Source of the DNA: a virus
Length of the DNA: 64,000 nt
Strand: one strand, 5' to 3'
Virus record (IMG/VR): IMGVR_UViG_3300046318_000144
Location: 1-64,000 of that record
Position numbers and translations under genes: made by a program. Position 1 is the first letter of the stretch. Each line of letters opens with the position of its first letter. A model generated the notes under the pieces. It was given only the letters and a program-made list of their open reading frames with translations. It was not told the DNA's origin and did no database searches. Positions 12,501 through 28,639 of this stretch are shown piece after piece.

Positions 12501-13004
12501 TATGTTTTGACGGCTGTTGCAACCAACACGATTTCGTATGCGAACGCAACAACGGGTTCACAGACTGTTGCAGGTACTATTACAACGCCAGCACAGGCAA
12601 GCATAGTTTCTAGAAGTGCTGGAACATCAGGTTTAATAATTAAACAAGCAGCTAGTGGAACTGCAATGCCATTCCAAATACAGAATTCAAGTGGAACTGC
12701 TGTCATGTACATGGGAAGCAATGGCTCAGCTTACATCCCATACCTAACTGGATATGACTCATTAACCGCTGCATCTTTCACTACTGGCAGGACCATCCAA
12801 CTATTTTCCGCAACAACTTCAGTGGGCGGCGGTGCAGGTGTTCTTGGTATAGCAAACGCTGGAACTGTTCCAACATCTAACCCGACTGGTGGTGGTGTTC
12901 TATATGTCAATACAGGTGCTTTAGCCTATATTGGAACCTCTGGATCAGCTGCTACAATAGTAAATGCAGACGGAACTAAGACACTAGACGGAGGATCGGC
13001 CTAA
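9585..13004 (+). CDS. Tail/virion fibre protein with Mtd-N/hyaluronidase-N-like anchor, collagen and repeated SQ(T/S)A(N/D)LQ(E/Q)WQ(D/N)S shaft units
   Basis: [35 protein letters not shown]-terminus; about 6 shaft repeats. Confidence 0.75.
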   Translation: MPAETVIQHRKGTAAEWTLANPILASGEIGFETDTNKFKIGDGTNVWSALVYQNISGPTGPTGPAGSAGATGPTGAASTVTGPTGATGPTGPSGVISVTGPITNTGTSTSAALGFDYSLAFPNTNTTQSTSTSSGAITTAGGLGVVKDAYIGGNLNIAGNFTVSGTSTTVSTTNLSVSDSLIYLADSQYDADVLDIGIYGAYGDVNPGHFHTGLVRDASDAKWKLVSGAPEPVSNVIDFSGVTYDNLLAGSFIKNGGTSSEFLKADGSVDSTTYLSTTLAASTYAKLTADQTFTGLNTFTNSATTSKALVVNNISGTSVNLFEVQANGSPYLYITSGGSLYNSGRLLVRADYSATFNVGVGSSTQVGAVIRAASSQTANLEEWQDSSGTILGRIASDGSYVVGSDSSRSFISAASGRAQFVTNNASLIPLILKGAASQSVDLQQWLDSAGVVLGAITSVGRAAFPRASLGSNTDLAYGTLSVAANSASTIGAVIRGASSQTSDLQQWQNSSGTVLAKVSASGNFTMGPNLTFTDPGVGNATSFTFTKNSDSAWLKVTERVADATTYEFGMADNPDGSDYFQWRFDDYQGGGTGWMPLQLTGFNSRFVSRNNNMYGNLVLPYNTGFYTYNASYGGTDQEVGRFTPNNSTSTQHPKDSGTGTGTLTVDATGFTGTGATAYWVVIETGGTTFKWGTGWWNSGTSVATGVTITGSAQTLQNGLTVTLSLTGHVAGDRWNFRAYPAPQVGIGGTISGAMVSISPVAATKGLVVKAAGSQTANLTEWQSSAGAVLANVTNGGSVNTINYFGNVAGDAPYLDYTTANKLIVQTRNAAYIGLTVKGASSQSANLQEWQTSAGSILAQIDSFGGIRTNSYLQVQSGSATTISQWIRGAASHTADLFQYQTNGGSAVLGGRNAVAQIYTGATSPIQTGVGGATTAASGTGTTATITTTSAHGLAIGDIVTVAGVTPTGYNGTYVLTAVATNTISYANATTGSQTVAGTITTPAQASIVSRSAGTSGLIIKQAASGTAMPFQIQNSSGTAVMYMGSNGSAYIPYLTGYDSLTAASFTTGRTIQLFSATTSVGGGAGVLGIANAGTVPTSNPTGGGVLYVNTGALAYIGTSGSAATIVNADGTKTLDGGSA
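10353..10393 (+). repeat. 41-nt exact repeat shared with 18186-18226 (non-collagen sequence)
   Basis: GGAACGTCTAGCGAATTCCTCAAGGCTGACGGATCTGTAGA in two different fibre genes. Confidence 0.85.
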
Positions 13005-13792
13005 TGGCTCGTAAAGATTTAGTACAGTACAGGCGCGATACTACCGCCAACTGGACTTCAGTCAACCCTGTTCTAGCGTCTGGTGAACCTGGTTTTGAGA
13101 CTGACACAGGAAAATTTAAAATTGGAGATGGAACCACAGCATGGGCATCTCTAGCGTACCAAAATGCGTCTGGCGCAACAGGCCCGACAGGCCCGACAGG
13201 TGCTACAGGAGCTACTGGTGCTACAGGACCTACTGGAGCTAACGGTTCAAATGGTGCAACGGGTGCAACTGGAGCAACTGGAGCAACTGGAGCTACAGGT
13301 CCAACTGGAGCAGCAAGCACGGTTACTGGACCAACTGGTGCTACTGGTGCAACGGGAGCTACAGGTCCAACAGGTGCTTCAGGAGCAGTAGGTGCGACTG
13401 GTCCACAGGGTGTGCAGGGTGTGCAGGGTGTTCAGGGTGATGCAGGTCCTACAGGCCCTACTGGTCCAACTGGTGCTACGGGAGCTCAAGGTGCAACGGG
13501 ACCGACAGGTGCTACGGGTGCAGCTAGCACCGTAACTGGACCAACTGGAGCAACGGGTGCAACTGGTCCAACGGGTTCAGCAGGAAAATATACAGTATCA
13601 GATACTGCACCATCTGGCCCAGTTACTGGTGATGCATGGTTTAACTCTACTAACAGTAGATTGTATATCTACTATGACAGCTACTGGGTAGAAGTTTCGT
13701 CTTCCGAGGCTGGACCGACTGGCCCTACTGGTCCTGCAGGAAGCGGATCAAGTATAGGTTTTGAAGCAATATTTCTATTGATGGGATCATAA
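13004..13792 (+). CDS. Mtd-N-like anchor plus collagen fibre protein
   Basis: [34 protein letters not shown], collagen, [17 protein letters not shown] module. Confidence 0.75.
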   Translation: MARKDLVQYRRDTTANWTSVNPVLASGEPGFETDTGKFKIGDGTTAWASLAYQNASGATGPTGPTGATGATGATGPTGANGSNGATGATGATGATGATGPTGAASTVTGPTGATGATGATGPTGASGAVGATGPQGVQGVQGVQGDAGPTGPTGPTGATGAQGATGPTGATGAASTVTGPTGATGATGPTGSAGKYTVSDTAPSGPVTGDAWFNSTNSRLYIYYDSYWVEVSSSEAGPTGPTGPAGSGSSIGFEAIFLLMGS

Positions 13793-13793
13793 A

Positions 13794-14123
13794 ATGGCAA
13801 CAACATACAAAGTACTAGGTCAAGTAAATCCAGCAGCTACAACTGCTACAACGCTGTATACGGTTCCATCTGCAACTTCTACAGTAGGTAGCACTTTAGT
13901 GATAGCTAATATTGGAAGCGTGTCTGGTACATATAGAATTGCGGTAAGACCAGCAGGTGCTACACTAGCAAATCAGCATTACTTAGTGTATGACACCACA
14001 TTAAATGGGAATGACTCAGTCACTTTCACTATCGGTATGACACTAGCAACTACAGATGTTGTAACTGTATATGCGTCTAATACAAACTTTGCATTCAACT
14101 TGTTTGGAAGCGAGATCTCGTAG
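13794..14123 (+). CDS. Small conserved phage virion/fibre-associated protein
   Basis: MATTYKVLGQVNP..TTLYTVP..AFNLFGSEI; coupled to its neighbours. Confidence 0.6.
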   Translation: MATTYKVLGQVNPAATTATTLYTVPSATSTVGSTLVIANIGSVSGTYRIAVRPAGATLANQHYLVYDTTLNGNDSVTFTIGMTLATTDVVTVYASNTNFAFNLFGSEIS

Positions 14124-15976
14124 TGGCAGTAGTAAGAACAAGTAAGCAATCTGTAGCATCAAAGCAGGGAAAACCAATAAATTTTTCTACTGAAGATGAC
14201 ACTATAATCCCCTGGGTAAGACCGTCTGACTGGCTAACTATGCCAGAAGTACTATCTTCAGAAAACAAATTTGTAGGTTTACTTGCAATTTTTAGTTTTA
14301 ATAATGCCGTAGCACTTTCTGCAACTGTTACTGGAGGATTCACTGTAGATTGGGGAGACGGGTCATCACCTGAAAATTTTGCATCAGCTGCTACAGCACA
14401 ACATCAGTATACATATTCATCAATATCTGGCTCAACCTTGAGTACTAGAGGCTATAAACAGGTAATTGTTCAGGTATACCCAACTGTAGCTGGAACTGGT
14501 ATATCTAGAGTTAATCTACAACTTAGACCATCAACATACTATACAGTTAATGCTGTAAGCGAGACTGGATGGTTAGATGTCACATTTTCATCTACTCTAG
14601 CATCTACTGCTGCCATATACACAGGTGGTGCTCCTACAGGAGGCAGCACCATGTGGACCAGAATGCTGGAAAGAATTAGGATAATAAACTCTTATTTGAC
14701 TGATTTTTATAACTTATTTGGTGGATGTTCTGCGCTACAGTCTCTAGAAATAGTTAATAGGAATACTGGCAGCATATCGAGCATGGGCAGTGCATTTAGC
14801 GATTGCAATCTACTACAAGAAATACCAGCAATTACTAATGTAGTTAGTTCTGGCAATTTTAATGCTTCATTTTCTGGATGTCGATCTTTAAAAAAAGTAC
14901 CTAATTGTAACTACTCATCTATGACGAATGGTAGTTTACTTTTCTCAAACTGCTCATCTTTAGTAGAAGTTCCAAGAATAGATACATCAAATACTACAAA
15001 TTTTGGAAGCATGTTCAGTGAGTGTGTATCACTTCAATCAGTCGGAGAAATAAACACATCAAATGGAACAACTTTCTCTTCAATGTTTACTGGGTGCAGA
15101 TCTTTAAAAAAGATACATAAAATGGACCTATCAAAAGGCATATTACTGAACTCTATGTTTTCCAATTGCTCATCTTTGTCTGAAATACCAGAGTTTGTTA
15201 CTAGCGCATGTACTGATATTAATGCCATGTTCCAAAGCTGTACTAAACTAAAAACTATCCCACTTTTAGATACAAGCAACGTTACAAACTTCAGCACCAT
15301 GTTTAACAATGCTAGTTCGCTAGAATATGTGCCATATTTAAATATAAATAAAGCTACAACACTTGCTTCTATGTTTTCTAACTGTCCTTCACTAACGTCA
15401 GCTAATCTGAATGGGTCTACATCTACAGCATTAACAACTATTATCAGTGCATTTACTTCTTGTACCGCTTTACAAACTATAGGAACTATAAATTTATCAG
15501 GATTGACTTCAGCACCAGGAACATCCTGGACAACAGCTACTGGATCTCTAAGCTCACTAGCCTTAGTTAATTTAAAACACAGCATATCTATAGCTTCTGG
15601 AAGACTATCAGCAACAGAATTAAATGCAATCTACACATCACTAGGCACACTGCCAAGCGCATCTGTCACAGCAGCATCAGGGTCAGGAAGTACAGTGACC
15701 TATACCACAGCAGCTGATCATGGCTTTAAGGCTGGTCAAATAGTAACAGTTACTGGACTGAGCATAGCGACTGGCTCTTCTCTGAACCTATCTGCAGTTA
15801 CTATTGCAGCTACCCCAACTACTACCACTTTTACAGTAACTAACGCAACAGTAGGTACATCATCTGGCACTGGTATAGCACAAATAAATGCAACTATAAC
15901 AGTTACTAGCAACCCAGGGACTACTACAGATGATCCAACTATTGCTACAGCTAAGGGATGGACGGTGACTGGCTAA
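14123..15976 (+). CDS. BspA/DUF285-type leucine-rich-repeat surface protein with PKD-like N-domain
   Basis: ~23-aa repeats DTSNxTNFxxMFxxCxSL; VDWGDG. Confidence 0.75.
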   Translation: MAVVRTSKQSVASKQGKPINFSTEDDTIIPWVRPSDWLTMPEVLSSENKFVGLLAIFSFNNAVALSATVTGGFTVDWGDGSSPENFASAATAQHQYTYSSISGSTLSTRGYKQVIVQVYPTVAGTGISRVNLQLRPSTYYTVNAVSETGWLDVTFSSTLASTAAIYTGGAPTGGSTMWTRMLERIRIINSYLTDFYNLFGGCSALQSLEIVNRNTGSISSMGSAFSDCNLLQEIPAITNVVSSGNFNASFSGCRSLKKVPNCNYSSMTNGSLLFSNCSSLVEVPRIDTSNTTNFGSMFSECVSLQSVGEINTSNGTTFSSMFTGCRSLKKIHKMDLSKGILLNSMFSNCSSLSEIPEFVTSACTDINAMFQSCTKLKTIPLLDTSNVTNFSTMFNNASSLEYVPYLNINKATTLASMFSNCPSLTSANLNGSTSTALTTIISAFTSCTALQTIGTINLSGLTSAPGTSWTTATGSLSSLALVNLKHSISIASGRLSATELNAIYTSLGTLPSASVTAASGSGSTVTYTTAADHGFKAGQIVTVTGLSIATGSSLNLSAVTIAATPTTTTFTVTNATVGTSSGTGIAQINATITVTSNPGTTTDDPTIATAKGWTVTG

Positions 15977-16173
15977 TGTCATTTTTTAAAAATATAGACG
16001 GTTCTCTAGACATAGCTCCAAATTTTGTACTTAATAAAGATTATGAACTAGTAAAAGAGTCTAAAGATACTTACGAGTATCCAGTAGATGGCTGGTACTG
16101 GTTTGATACAGAAGTAGAAGCATACGAATTTTTTAATATTCCACTACCAGTAGAAGAGGATGGAATCCAATAA
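15976..16173 (+). CDS. Small acidic hypothetical protein (possible fibre chaperone)
   Basis: TAATG coupling at both ends; [12 protein letters not shown]. Confidence 0.6.
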   Translation: MSFFKNIDGSLDIAPNFVLNKDYELVKESKDTYEYPVDGWYWFDTEVEAYEFFNIPLPVEEDGIQ

Positions 16174-19100
16174 TGGCTATTGATTTCCCAAATGCCCCGA
16201 GTGTTAATGATATTTTTTCAGCGGGCGGAAAAACTTGGATCTGGACTGGGTCAGTTTGGAATGTCCAGACTACCCAGACAATTACTGGTGCAACTGGACC
16301 AACTGGTCCTACGGGAGCTCAAGGTGCAACTGGTCCGACGGGTGCAGCCAGCACAGTAACTGGTCCTACAGGTCCAACAGGTGCAACAGGAGCTGCTTCA
16401 ACTGTTACTGGACCTACGGGGGCCACAGGTGCATCTGGTGCTACTGGCCCTACAGGTGCGACGGGGCTTGATGGAGCAACTGGCCCGACTGGGCCAGCGG
16501 GAGCTGATGGTGCTGATAGCACGGTTACTGGTCCAACTGGTGCTACGGGAGCTCAGGGTGTAACTGGTCCTACGGGTGCAGCCTCGACAGTCACAGGTCC
16601 GACTGGTGCTACAGGTGCAACAGGCCCAACTGGTGCTTCTGGTGTAGTGGCTGTATCTTCACCAATAACTAATAGTGGGACTTCTACATCTGCAAATATA
16701 GGGTTTGACTATTCGACCGCATTTGCTGATCCTACTTTTACAGGAACCGTAACCTCTACTTATCAAAAACTAATTCCAACTGCCACCAAACCAACCTGGG
16801 CTGAAGGAAATGTCTACTACGATAGCGAAGAAAAAACTGTCATTATTCAAGGTAGTGGAACTTCTTTTGAAATTGCCATTGGAGAAAGAGAATGGGTTCG
16901 TTGTAGAAACAGCTCTGGTGTAACTATTCCAAAAGGTGTTGCAGTTTATGTTACTGGAGTTCATATCCCAGGGGACCCGACGCATGGACACCACCCTACA
17001 ATTGAACTAGCTGATGCTTCAGATGTAGCAAAGAAAGATGTAATTGGTGTAACTGGAGAGTCAATTGCTAACGGTGCACATGGTTATGTAGTTGTTCGTG
17101 GCTATATCGAAGGTCTAGATACTTCCACACTTACTGAAGGCACTAGAGTCCACCTGAGTGCCGTCACCCCTGGAGCAATTGTTGATATCGCTCCAGATTA
17201 CCCTAATTACCCTACTGATCTAGGTATCTGCCTAACCAGTGATGCTACTGATGGAACTCTGTATGTAGATATAGCACAGCACTCTATTGAAGGGTTCCGA
17301 GTCAGTAATAATGCTTACATTGACGGTAACTTAACTGTAGGTGGAGACCTCAACCTACTAGGTGCAGCATCAGAAATTAATGCTTCAAACCTTGCCGTAG
17401 ACAATAACTTTATATATCTAAATAGTGGTGACACTATTGGAACAACAGGCACTACATTTTCTGGCTCTGGTCTAGATGATGCCACTTTGGTTGGTCATTA
17501 CACAGGAACTACGACTAAAACATTCAAAGTAAAAATAACAGTTGATGGTTCTGGAAGTAGTCCAGACTCATTCCGTTGGTCTACAGATAACTTTGCTACA
17601 AACAATGGTTCAGACATAACCATAACTGCTGGTACACCTCAATCACTTTCAGACAATATCTCAGTAGTATTTATTAGTGATAATGGCCACACCTTAAATG
17701 ATATTTGGTCTGGAACTGCAGCCCCAGTAAACGTTGACTTAGCTCTTATTGGTAACAGGAATACTGGCACCTCTGGGCCTGGCTATACCCATACTGGCCT
17801 CTTCTTTGACGTTAGCGATCAGAAGTTTAAACTCTTTTCAGAGTATGACCCAGAGCCTGTATTAAATATTGATACCGCGGATGCATCTTTTACTTTAGGA
17901 ACTGTAGTTGCGTCAGGTTTTGAGGGTAATCTAACTGGAAACGTAACTGGAAGTGTGACTGGAAATGCTGGAACAGTAACTAATGGCGTTTACACAAATA
18001 CTAGCCAAACTCTTACTGGTACTCAGACATTTATATCTAGTTCTATTTCGACTACACCAATTATTGTTAAAGGGTTGGCCTCTCAGAGTGCTGACTTACA
18101 TCAGTGGCAGGACTCTACTGCTGCTGTACTAGCAAAAGTAAGTTCTGCTGGACAAATAACTGCCGCATCATTTACTAAGACAAGTGGAACGTCTAGCGAA
18201 TTCCTCAAGGCTGACGGATCTGTAGACTCCAGTACCTATGCAAAGTTGACTGCTAGTCAAACTTTTACTGGAACTCAGACAATTATACCTACAAATGCTG
18301 GAGTTCAAGGGCTAATTGTTAAAGGATTAGGCTCACAATCAGCTGATCTACAACAATGGCAAGATAGCTCTGCAAATGTACTAGCCTATATGGACCAAAC
18401 TGGGTCTTTTGTTACAGCATCAATTTCTACATCAAATCTAACCACAGCAAATGTGCTTGTTGACGATTCTCTAGGTGTCAACGCTACCTTCTATATAAAT
18501 AAAGCTAGTAGTCAAACAAATGCATTATTTCAGATATCTGATGGTAACTTCCTAACCCCAACTATGTATTTCAGTGTAGCTGCTGATGGAGTCACAACTC
18601 TAGCTAGATCGCTAAATCTAGCTGCTGGAACTACTACACTTTCTCCATTAGAGTTTACTTCTGGACCACTACTCACAACCCCTATAGCAGGATCCGTAGA
18701 GCATTTAGCGCCCAGCTTCTACGTTACAGGAAATGCAACTACTGGTCGTGGTATAGTGTCAGCTCCTCAGATGGTTCGCATAGCTACCACTAGAAATAAA
18801 GCAACAAACAACACTACGCTTCAAGGTATTTTTGACCCTGCAAACGATACAATATCACTAGCCGCTGGAACCCTACACCGTTTCCGCGGAACATATCTTA
18901 TGACAAAGTCAGCAACGACGGGTGCTGCAACGCTTCAATTAGGATTTACTTTTAGCAATGCTCCAGTATCAATCGTATATACATTTAAAACATATACTCA
19001 AGGAGCTTTAAGCGCAACTCAGAGCACGGGGTCTGCGTCATCAGCAGCTGCAACTACAGTATCTCCATCAGGAACAGCTGCAGCCAACTATGTAATAGAG

Positions 19101-19271
19101 ATAGAAGGATGGTTTCAGTCAAATGCAACTATAGGTGGTACTTTAGTACCTGCCTTCACTCAGTCGGCATCTGGAACCTCTGTTGCCCCGTCGGCAATTG
19201 CTGATACGTATTTCGAGATCCAAGCAGTTGCTGCATCAGGAACAGTGGTAATAGCTGGTTCATGGGCTTAA
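16173..19271 (+). CDS. Collagen-containing fibre protein (DFPNAP N-domain), 1032 aa
   Basis: Shares modules with the 3260 and 9585 proteins (RNSSG..IPKG..VYV; HTGL..D.SD; [10 protein letters not shown]). Confidence 0.75.
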   Translation: MAIDFPNAPSVNDIFSAGGKTWIWTGSVWNVQTTQTITGATGPTGPTGAQGATGPTGAASTVTGPTGPTGATGAASTVTGPTGATGASGATGPTGATGLDGATGPTGPAGADGADSTVTGPTGATGAQGVTGPTGAASTVTGPTGATGATGPTGASGVVAVSSPITNSGTSTSANIGFDYSTAFADPTFTGTVTSTYQKLIPTATKPTWAEGNVYYDSEEKTVIIQGSGTSFEIAIGEREWVRCRNSSGVTIPKGVAVYVTGVHIPGDPTHGHHPTIELADASDVAKKDVIGVTGESIANGAHGYVVVRGYIEGLDTSTLTEGTRVHLSAVTPGAIVDIAPDYPNYPTDLGICLTSDATDGTLYVDIAQHSIEGFRVSNNAYIDGNLTVGGDLNLLGAASEINASNLAVDNNFIYLNSGDTIGTTGTTFSGSGLDDATLVGHYTGTTTKTFKVKITVDGSGSSPDSFRWSTDNFATNNGSDITITAGTPQSLSDNISVVFISDNGHTLNDIWSGTAAPVNVDLALIGNRNTGTSGPGYTHTGLFFDVSDQKFKLFSEYDPEPVLNIDTADASFTLGTVVASGFEGNLTGNVTGSVTGNAGTVTNGVYTNTSQTLTGTQTFISSSISTTPIIVKGLASQSADLHQWQDSTAAVLAKVSSAGQITAASFTKTSGTSSEFLKADGSVDSSTYAKLTASQTFTGTQTIIPTNAGVQGLIVKGLGSQSADLQQWQDSSANVLAYMDQTGSFVTASISTSNLTTANVLVDDSLGVNATFYINKASSQTNALFQISDGNFLTPTMYFSVAADGVTTLARSLNLAAGTTTLSPLEFTSGPLLTTPIAGSVEHLAPSFYVTGNATTGRGIVSAPQMVRIATTRNKATNNTTLQGIFDPANDTISLAAGTLHRFRGTYLMTKSATTGAATLQLGFTFSNAPVSIVYTFKTYTQGALSATQSTGSASSAAATTVSPSGTAAANYVIEIEGWFQSNATIGGTLVPAFTQSASGTSVAPSAIADTYFEIQAVAASGTVVIAGSWA

Positions 19272-19318
19272 AGCATATCTAGCTATTAGACTACCTTTAA
19301 TGAGTATCGCATAAATAC

Positions 19319-19326
19319 GGTAAAAT
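19319..19326 (+). promoter_or_regulatory. GG-extended -10 promoter (GGTAAAAT) at head of fibre cassette B
   Basis: Motif lies in the only sizeable gap of the fibre island. Confidence 0.6.
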
Positions 19327-19357
19327 AAAAGGGACTAGTCTACCCTAAAGGACCCTA

Positions 19358-19717
19358 ATGAGCTGCGGAATTGGCGATATCTATGATTTAATCATAGACC
19401 AAGGTGCTACTTTCGAACGCTCAATAACTCTACTTAATACCGCTAAAAAACCAGTCTCATTGGCTGGATATACAGCAAGAATGTATGTTAGAGACGGATA
19501 TTCAAATCCTGTAGTGTACTTAACATTGACTACTGAAAACGGAAGAATATCTATAAAGCCAACTTTAGGAAGAGTTGATTTGTATATTTCAGCAGGAGAC
19601 ACTGCAAATATGATTTCCGACAAATATGTATATGACTTAGAGTTAGTGGACTCTAGTGATGAACCATCTCGAGTTCTACAAGGGTCATTTACCGTTCGTG
19701 CAGAGGTAACTAGATAA
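19358..19717 (+). CDS. Ig-like fibre adaptor/anchor protein, paralog B
   Basis: QGATF...GYTARMYVR...LTTENGRI...YVYDLEL...EVT. Confidence 0.65.
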   Translation: MSCGIGDIYDLIIDQGATFERSITLLNTAKKPVSLAGYTARMYVRDGYSNPVVYLTLTTENGRISIKPTLGRVDLYISAGDTANMISDKYVYDLELVDSSDEPSRVLQGSFTVRAEVTR

Positions 19718-19718
19718 C

Positions 19719-23918
<4,200 letters not shown>

Positions 23919-23931
23919 GAATAGATAACAC

Positions 23932-25191
23932 ATGACAGCAATAGATTTTCCTAATAGCCCCTCCGTCGGTAATACCCACAGTGCTGGAGGTAGAACTTGG
24001 ATATGGACTGGGTCAGTTTGGAACGCAGTAGAGACTACTTCAGTTGGAGGTGCGACTGGACCGACTGGCCCTACTGGTCCACAATCTACAGTAACTGGCC
24101 CCACGGGTGCAACTGGCGCGACTGGACCTACTGGCCCCTACCTAACTAGTGCTTATACATTTTCAGCTACAACTACTAACTCTGACCCTGGAAATGGTAT
24201 TTTTAGATTAAATACTGCAAATGCTAGCCTAACTACTGCTATTTATATTGATAATCAAGATATAGGAACTACTAGCCGAACTGCTTGGTACGATACTTGG
24301 GATGACTCTAGTAGCACTATAAAAGGTATTCTAAATATAACTAATACAGTATCTCCTAGTGATTCTGTCACATTTACCATAACTGGGTCAGTCGGGGCTG
24401 GAGCTGGATACTACTCAATACCAGTTAGCTATCTCGCTGGTAACACTCCAACAGGATCAGCAGTATATGCAATAAGTTTTTATAGGTATGGAGACCTAGG
24501 ATCTACAGGACCTCAGGGCTCTCAGGGAGTTACAGGACCGTCAGGAGCTACTGGTCCGACAGGTCCACTCGGTCTAGGTCTAAATATTTTAGACTATTAC
24601 GCAAATTTAACTGCACTCCAATCAGCGCATCCTACTGGATCAGCTGGGCAAATGTACTTAGTATCAGACACTGTATACATCTGGGATACTGGAACATCAG
24701 CCTGGGTAGCATCTAATTTCGTATACCCATCGCTAACTTCTTATGTAACCTTAACTGGTACAGAAACTTTAACTAATAAAACCCTACAATCACCATCATT
24801 AACTGGACAAGCAAAAGAAACAATAACCACTGTTGGTACAGGATTTGCAACTTCTTATAACTTTGATGTAGCTACTTCAGCTGTTGTATACATAACTGCA
24901 AACTCTACTGCAAATGGAACTGTAAACTTTAGAGCTAGCTCAGGGGCCTCGCTAGATTCATTCATGTCCACGGGGCAATCAGTTACATGTACACTACTTT
25001 TAACAAATTCAAGCCCAGCTTATTACCCAAATGCTTTTCAAATAGATGGAAGTTCAGTAACCCCTAAATGGGCTGGAGGAACTGCACCAACATCTGGAAA
25101 TGCTTCATCAGTTGATATGTACTCATTCACTATTGTAAAAACTGCTAGTGCTACTTTTACAGTATTAGCTACTCAGTTGAAGTACGCATAA
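23932..25191 (+). CDS. Short collagen fibre protein (DFPNSP N-domain)
   Basis: YTFSATTTNSDPGNG module shared with 19719; C-terminal WAGGTAP..VDMYSF domain. Confidence 0.7.
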   Translation: MTAIDFPNSPSVGNTHSAGGRTWIWTGSVWNAVETTSVGGATGPTGPTGPQSTVTGPTGATGATGPTGPYLTSAYTFSATTTNSDPGNGIFRLNTANASLTTAIYIDNQDIGTTSRTAWYDTWDDSSSTIKGILNITNTVSPSDSVTFTITGSVGAGAGYYSIPVSYLAGNTPTGSAVYAISFYRYGDLGSTGPQGSQGVTGPSGATGPTGPLGLGLNILDYYANLTALQSAHPTGSAGQMYLVSDTVYIWDTGTSAWVASNFVYPSLTSYVTLTGTETLTNKTLQSPSLTGQAKETITTVGTGFATSYNFDVATSAVVYITANSTANGTVNFRASSGASLDSFMSTGQSVTCTLLLTNSSPAYYPNAFQIDGSSVTPKWAGGTAPTSGNASSVDMYSFTIVKTASATFTVLATQLKYA

Positions 25192-25192
25192 T

Positions 25193-25858
25193 ATGCCTAT
25201 ATTAAGTTCAATAGCAAATGCCAGTAGAGCACTAAAAGGTAAATTTGTTTTTCTTAATTACACTAGTTTTTCTACTTTTCAAAATGATGGAATAGCTTAT
25301 TTCGGAGCACCATACGAGCCACAAATAATAAATAACTACATATACCTAACACGTCTTAATTTTGGTAATGCTGCTACTGTTTATTTTAAAAATAGTAGAA
25401 ATTTTGATAGAAGTTTTTCTCTAAGTTGCAATATTGAAGCATCTGGTGCCACCGTTGAAGCAGATGGATTTTGCATTCAATGGACTGCAACAAATAATAG
25501 CTATGGAACTGGTGGTTCCAATGCTGGTCGTATTGCAGATGCTGCTACAATACATGCAATATCATTTAGAACATACCAAACTGACTCTATAGTTTGGCAT
25601 AAAAATAACGTACAACAAGCTACAGCGACTCCAGCTATAGGAATTGGAACTAACCTATACGTATGGCTAGATTACGTACATGAGACTCAGACTGCTTACC
25701 TTTACTACAGTACAACTAGTACTAAGCCAGGTTCAGCACAGCAAACATATACTTCTTTTGTTTTTGATACTGGATCTTACTATTTTAGTATTGGTGCTGG
25801 TAGTGGTACATACTCAGATAATCAATTTGTTAAAACAATTAATTTAACTTTTAACTAG
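25193..25858 (+). CDS. L-type (legume/ConA-like) lectin domain protein
   Basis: EADGFCIQW, YGTGG, VWLDY, YFSIGAGSG pattern. Confidence 0.6.
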   Translation: MPILSSIANASRALKGKFVFLNYTSFSTFQNDGIAYFGAPYEPQIINNYIYLTRLNFGNAATVYFKNSRNFDRSFSLSCNIEASGATVEADGFCIQWTATNNSYGTGGSNAGRIADAATIHAISFRTYQTDSIVWHKNNVQQATATPAIGIGTNLYVWLDYVHETQTAYLYYSTTSTKPGSAQQTYTSFVFDTGSYYFSIGAGSGTYSDNQFVKTINLTFN

Positions 25859-25982
25859 AACTCTCATGTTTCTTCTCGCAATCTCTCGCAAGAACAGTGA
25901 CCACGTATAGCTTTTTACAGACACTACACATATAGGGGTCTGGTTTTCTAGTATTCTGTTGCAATAGAGTTCTTTCGGTCAA
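25851..25982 (-). CDS. 43-aa Zn-finger-like microprotein (not in ORF track)
   Basis: TTG start; MTERTLLQQNTRKPDPYMCSVCKKLYVVTVLARDCEKKHESSS. Confidence 0.55.
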   Translation of the reverse strand: MTERTLLQQNTRKPDPYMCSVCKKLYVVTVLARDCEKKHESSS

Positions 25983-26007
25983 ATGACTTATATCTAATTA
26001 TCTCACG

Positions 26008-26036
26008 AAAGAAAAAAGACGAGCCTTAGCTCGTCT
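26008..26036 (-). terminator. Intrinsic terminator after primase-helicase
   Basis: AGACGAGC-taag-GCTCGTCT followed by T-tract on the minus strand. Confidence 0.75.
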
Positions 26037-26041
26037 ATTCT

Positions 26042-28639
26042 CTAGAAGTTTCTAGCAAATCTAGTTGCTTCTCCCCAGTTTACTTCTGCTGATGGCACTG
26101 GTCTAGGGATAAGTAGTCGGTTATGAATATCAGCTCTAGCACCTTGCCCCTCAATCTTTAGACCACGGTCTGACAGTTTACGCTGAAACCCAATCTGAGA
26201 TAGCGGACGCTCTCCACGCTCTTCTGACCACATGCGGTATACAGAATATAGAGATTTAACCGAAATTGAAGCTCCCTCTGATTCCAAAGTTTCTTCATCC
26301 AAGAACATACCAATACGGTCTTCATTCTTTCGATAGATTTCAGCCGCGTCTTTTACAGCGGCACACCAGCCAAGAGGATCTCTAGCTCCAGAGTTTAGAT
26401 ACTTAATTGCACCCTCTACTGCCCAAGCAAGTACCGCTGGAAGACCACCCTCTGGGTCAGCTAAGTAAGCCTTCAAATCTGGATCTGGGTTCTCAGCAAC
26501 ATAACTCCAAGGAATCGGGCGAAGACGACGCCACATAGCTTCATCATTAATGATAGGTCGGTGGTTAGTAGTAACCCACAGCTTACCCTGAGCCTTAAAA
26601 GTAAATGGCTTTTCACCAGGAGAACGGCCTTGAATAGTAGATGAACCAGTAAGTTGCTTGATTTGATTCTCATTGATACGCTCTGACTCTGGCAACTCAT
26701 CTACCCAAATCATACGCTTACCACGGAGTTCAGCTAGGTAGTACTGGTGAGACGAGTTATTACTATTAGCAGCAGCTAGCATCTCAGATGGTAGAGTTCC
26801 AGCGTATTGCTCAGTACCTAGAGCTTCAACTACAGTTTCAACAAAAGTATTCTTACCAGAACCAGCTGGACCATACACAAGGAATAGTACATCCTGATTA
26901 CTCATACCAGTTAGTGAATAACCAACTGCACGCTGAATCCAGTCCTGAAGTTCCTTGTCTCCACCAGTAGCAAAGTCAATAAACTGCTCCCAGCGGACAT
27001 TTCTAATTCCAGGGGTATAGGCAACAGGGGCACGCTTAGTGATGTATAGCTCTGGCTTACCTTTAACTAGCTCTCCAGTGCGTAGATCAATAACACCATT
27101 AGCAACACCTAGCAGGTTCAAGTCACCATCCCACTGCTCTACACCAACAATAATACGTGGGTCAGAGATAGCACTACGAACCATACCACTTAGACGAGTG
27201 TTAGATTTAGCTTGATTAGCCCATTTGACTAAGTCTTGCTTTTTCTGCTGGTCACTTTCTCCCCAGTTTGCAGTCTCAGCTGCAATCATTGGAGAGATAC
27301 GCTTAGCTAACTCAGACATTTCTAGTTCTTCTTGATCTGGCTTCCAATATGTTCCATTCCAGTGGAACCAGCCAAGACCAACGCTGTAGCGGATAGCAGA
27401 ACCATAAGCATCAACTAGACGACGACCATTACCGACATCAGTAAGAGTACGTTTACCAGGGATACCACCATCATCTTCCGATACAGCATCGACGTCACTA
27501 GGGATATCAATGTTTCCGTTACTAGATGCGTCTCGAACTGATAAACCATCACTCACCAACTGCGAAATAGCATCTCCATAGTTGGTTGGCTTTGACTGCT
27601 CCGACTTACTAACTCCCTCATTCTGAGACTGTTCAGCCCACTTCTGACCCTGCTCCCAGTCAGATAGCCCTGGCCACATTCTGTCAGTTTTAGGGTTTTC
27701 GGCAACAAAATCCATAGCACGTCGAACATGCATTAGTAAAGAGTTTGGTCCCTCCAGCTCCATTGGTGGACGGACCTTCTCGTAGTTAAATCGAATCATC
27801 ATTGTTTCGACCATCATACGAGCATCTGAAGATGTTCCATATTTATTAGCTAAAGCGCACCCTAGTTTATAGATATCTACAGCACGAGAACCCTCATCGA
27901 TTCCCTCTTCAATAAACTTCTCGATATTGACTTTTTCGCCACGATATTCGAGACCAGTCATCCAGTCCCAGGTGCCATCGCCATATGAAGATGAACCAGA
28001 CTTTTTATTACCTTTACGGAGAGCTTCTAAAAGTTCTTCAGGGGCTTCCGCCATTTCAAGCTCCCATGGAGCATGACCTGGCTTCCAATCATAAATATTC
28101 CCAGAGAAGTGGCGCGACGGGGAGATTAGCACATACCCATTGTGCTTAATGTCAATACCTTTTAGACCGCTTTTTTGTAGGTTACCTACTAGCTGCTCAT
28201 CTGGACTGCACTTGTAGTAGAGGTGACGACCACGAACTACTTTACCACCGATGTTGTACTCACCAGTAAGGGCCTCGACTGTGGGCGGGAGGTTTCCATC
28301 TACAAGATTTTCAAAAATTTCAAAAGAGTTTTCACCATCAGAGCGTGGGTCAATATCTATTACTAGGAATCCAGACGGTGCGCAAAAAACACCAATGTTA
28401 TAGTCAGGATTCTGGTCCCACCACGTGGAAACTAAATAACGGTCATCAGTAGCTTTATCGTTCCACTGGCCAATAGCTGGGTGCTTACCAACATCTTTTG
28501 GCTCATTGTGAGGACTGTTACAGGTGCAGCGACCTCCAGCATCGATACCGTGGCACGGCATAATCTTCCAGCCTTGACTGGCATACCAAGATGCACCTTT
28601 AACAAGTCGACCATTGCCTGCGGACTCCCATGAAGACAT
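26042..28639 (-). CDS. Bifunctional primase-polymerase (Prim-Pol) plus D5/P4-type SF3 helicase
   Basis: NIG..VIDIDPR, GRHLYY, GIDIK..GYV..PSRH; TDVGNGRRL; Walker A GPAGSGKNT; TNHRP, WRRL. Confidence 0.9.
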   Translation of the reverse strand: MSSWESAGNGRLVKGASWYASQGWKIMPCHGIDAGGRCTCNSPHNEPKDVGKHPAIGQWNDKATDDRYLVSTWWDQNPDYNIGVFCAPSGFLVIDIDPRSDGENSFEIFENLVDGNLPPTVEALTGEYNIGGKVVRGRHLYYKCSPDEQLVGNLQKSGLKGIDIKHNGYVLISPSRHFSGNIYDWKPGHAPWELEMAEAPEELLEALRKGNKKSGSSSYGDGTWDWMTGLEYRGEKVNIEKFIEEGIDEGSRAVDIYKLGCALANKYGTSSDARMMVETMMIRFNYEKVRPPMELEGPNSLLMHVRRAMDFVAENPKTDRMWPGLSDWEQGQKWAEQSQNEGVSKSEQSKPTNYGDAISQLVSDGLSVRDASSNGNIDIPSDVDAVSEDDGGIPGKRTLTDVGNGRRLVDAYGSAIRYSVGLGWFHWNGTYWKPDQEELEMSELAKRISPMIAAETANWGESDQQKKQDLVKWANQAKSNTRLSGMVRSAISDPRIIVGVEQWDGDLNLLGVANGVIDLRTGELVKGKPELYITKRAPVAYTPGIRNVRWEQFIDFATGGDKELQDWIQRAVGYSLTGMSNQDVLFLVYGPAGSGKNTFVETVVEALGTEQYAGTLPSEMLAAANSNNSSHQYYLAELRGKRMIWVDELPESERINENQIKQLTGSSTIQGRSPGEKPFTFKAQGKLWVTTNHRPIINDEAMWRRLRPIPWSYVAENPDPDLKAYLADPEGGLPAVLAWAVEGAIKYLNSGARDPLGWCAAVKDAAEIYRKNEDRIGMFLDEETLESEGASISVKSLYSVYRMWSEERGERPLSQIGFQRKLSDRGLKIEGQGARADIHNRLLIPRPVPSAEVNWGEATRFARNF

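Noticed and set aside
9585-15976. Diversity-generating retroelement, suggested by Mtd-N-like and LRR domains
   Set aside because: No reverse transcriptase and no TR/VR pair with adenine-specific mismatches seen; the observed repeats are exact
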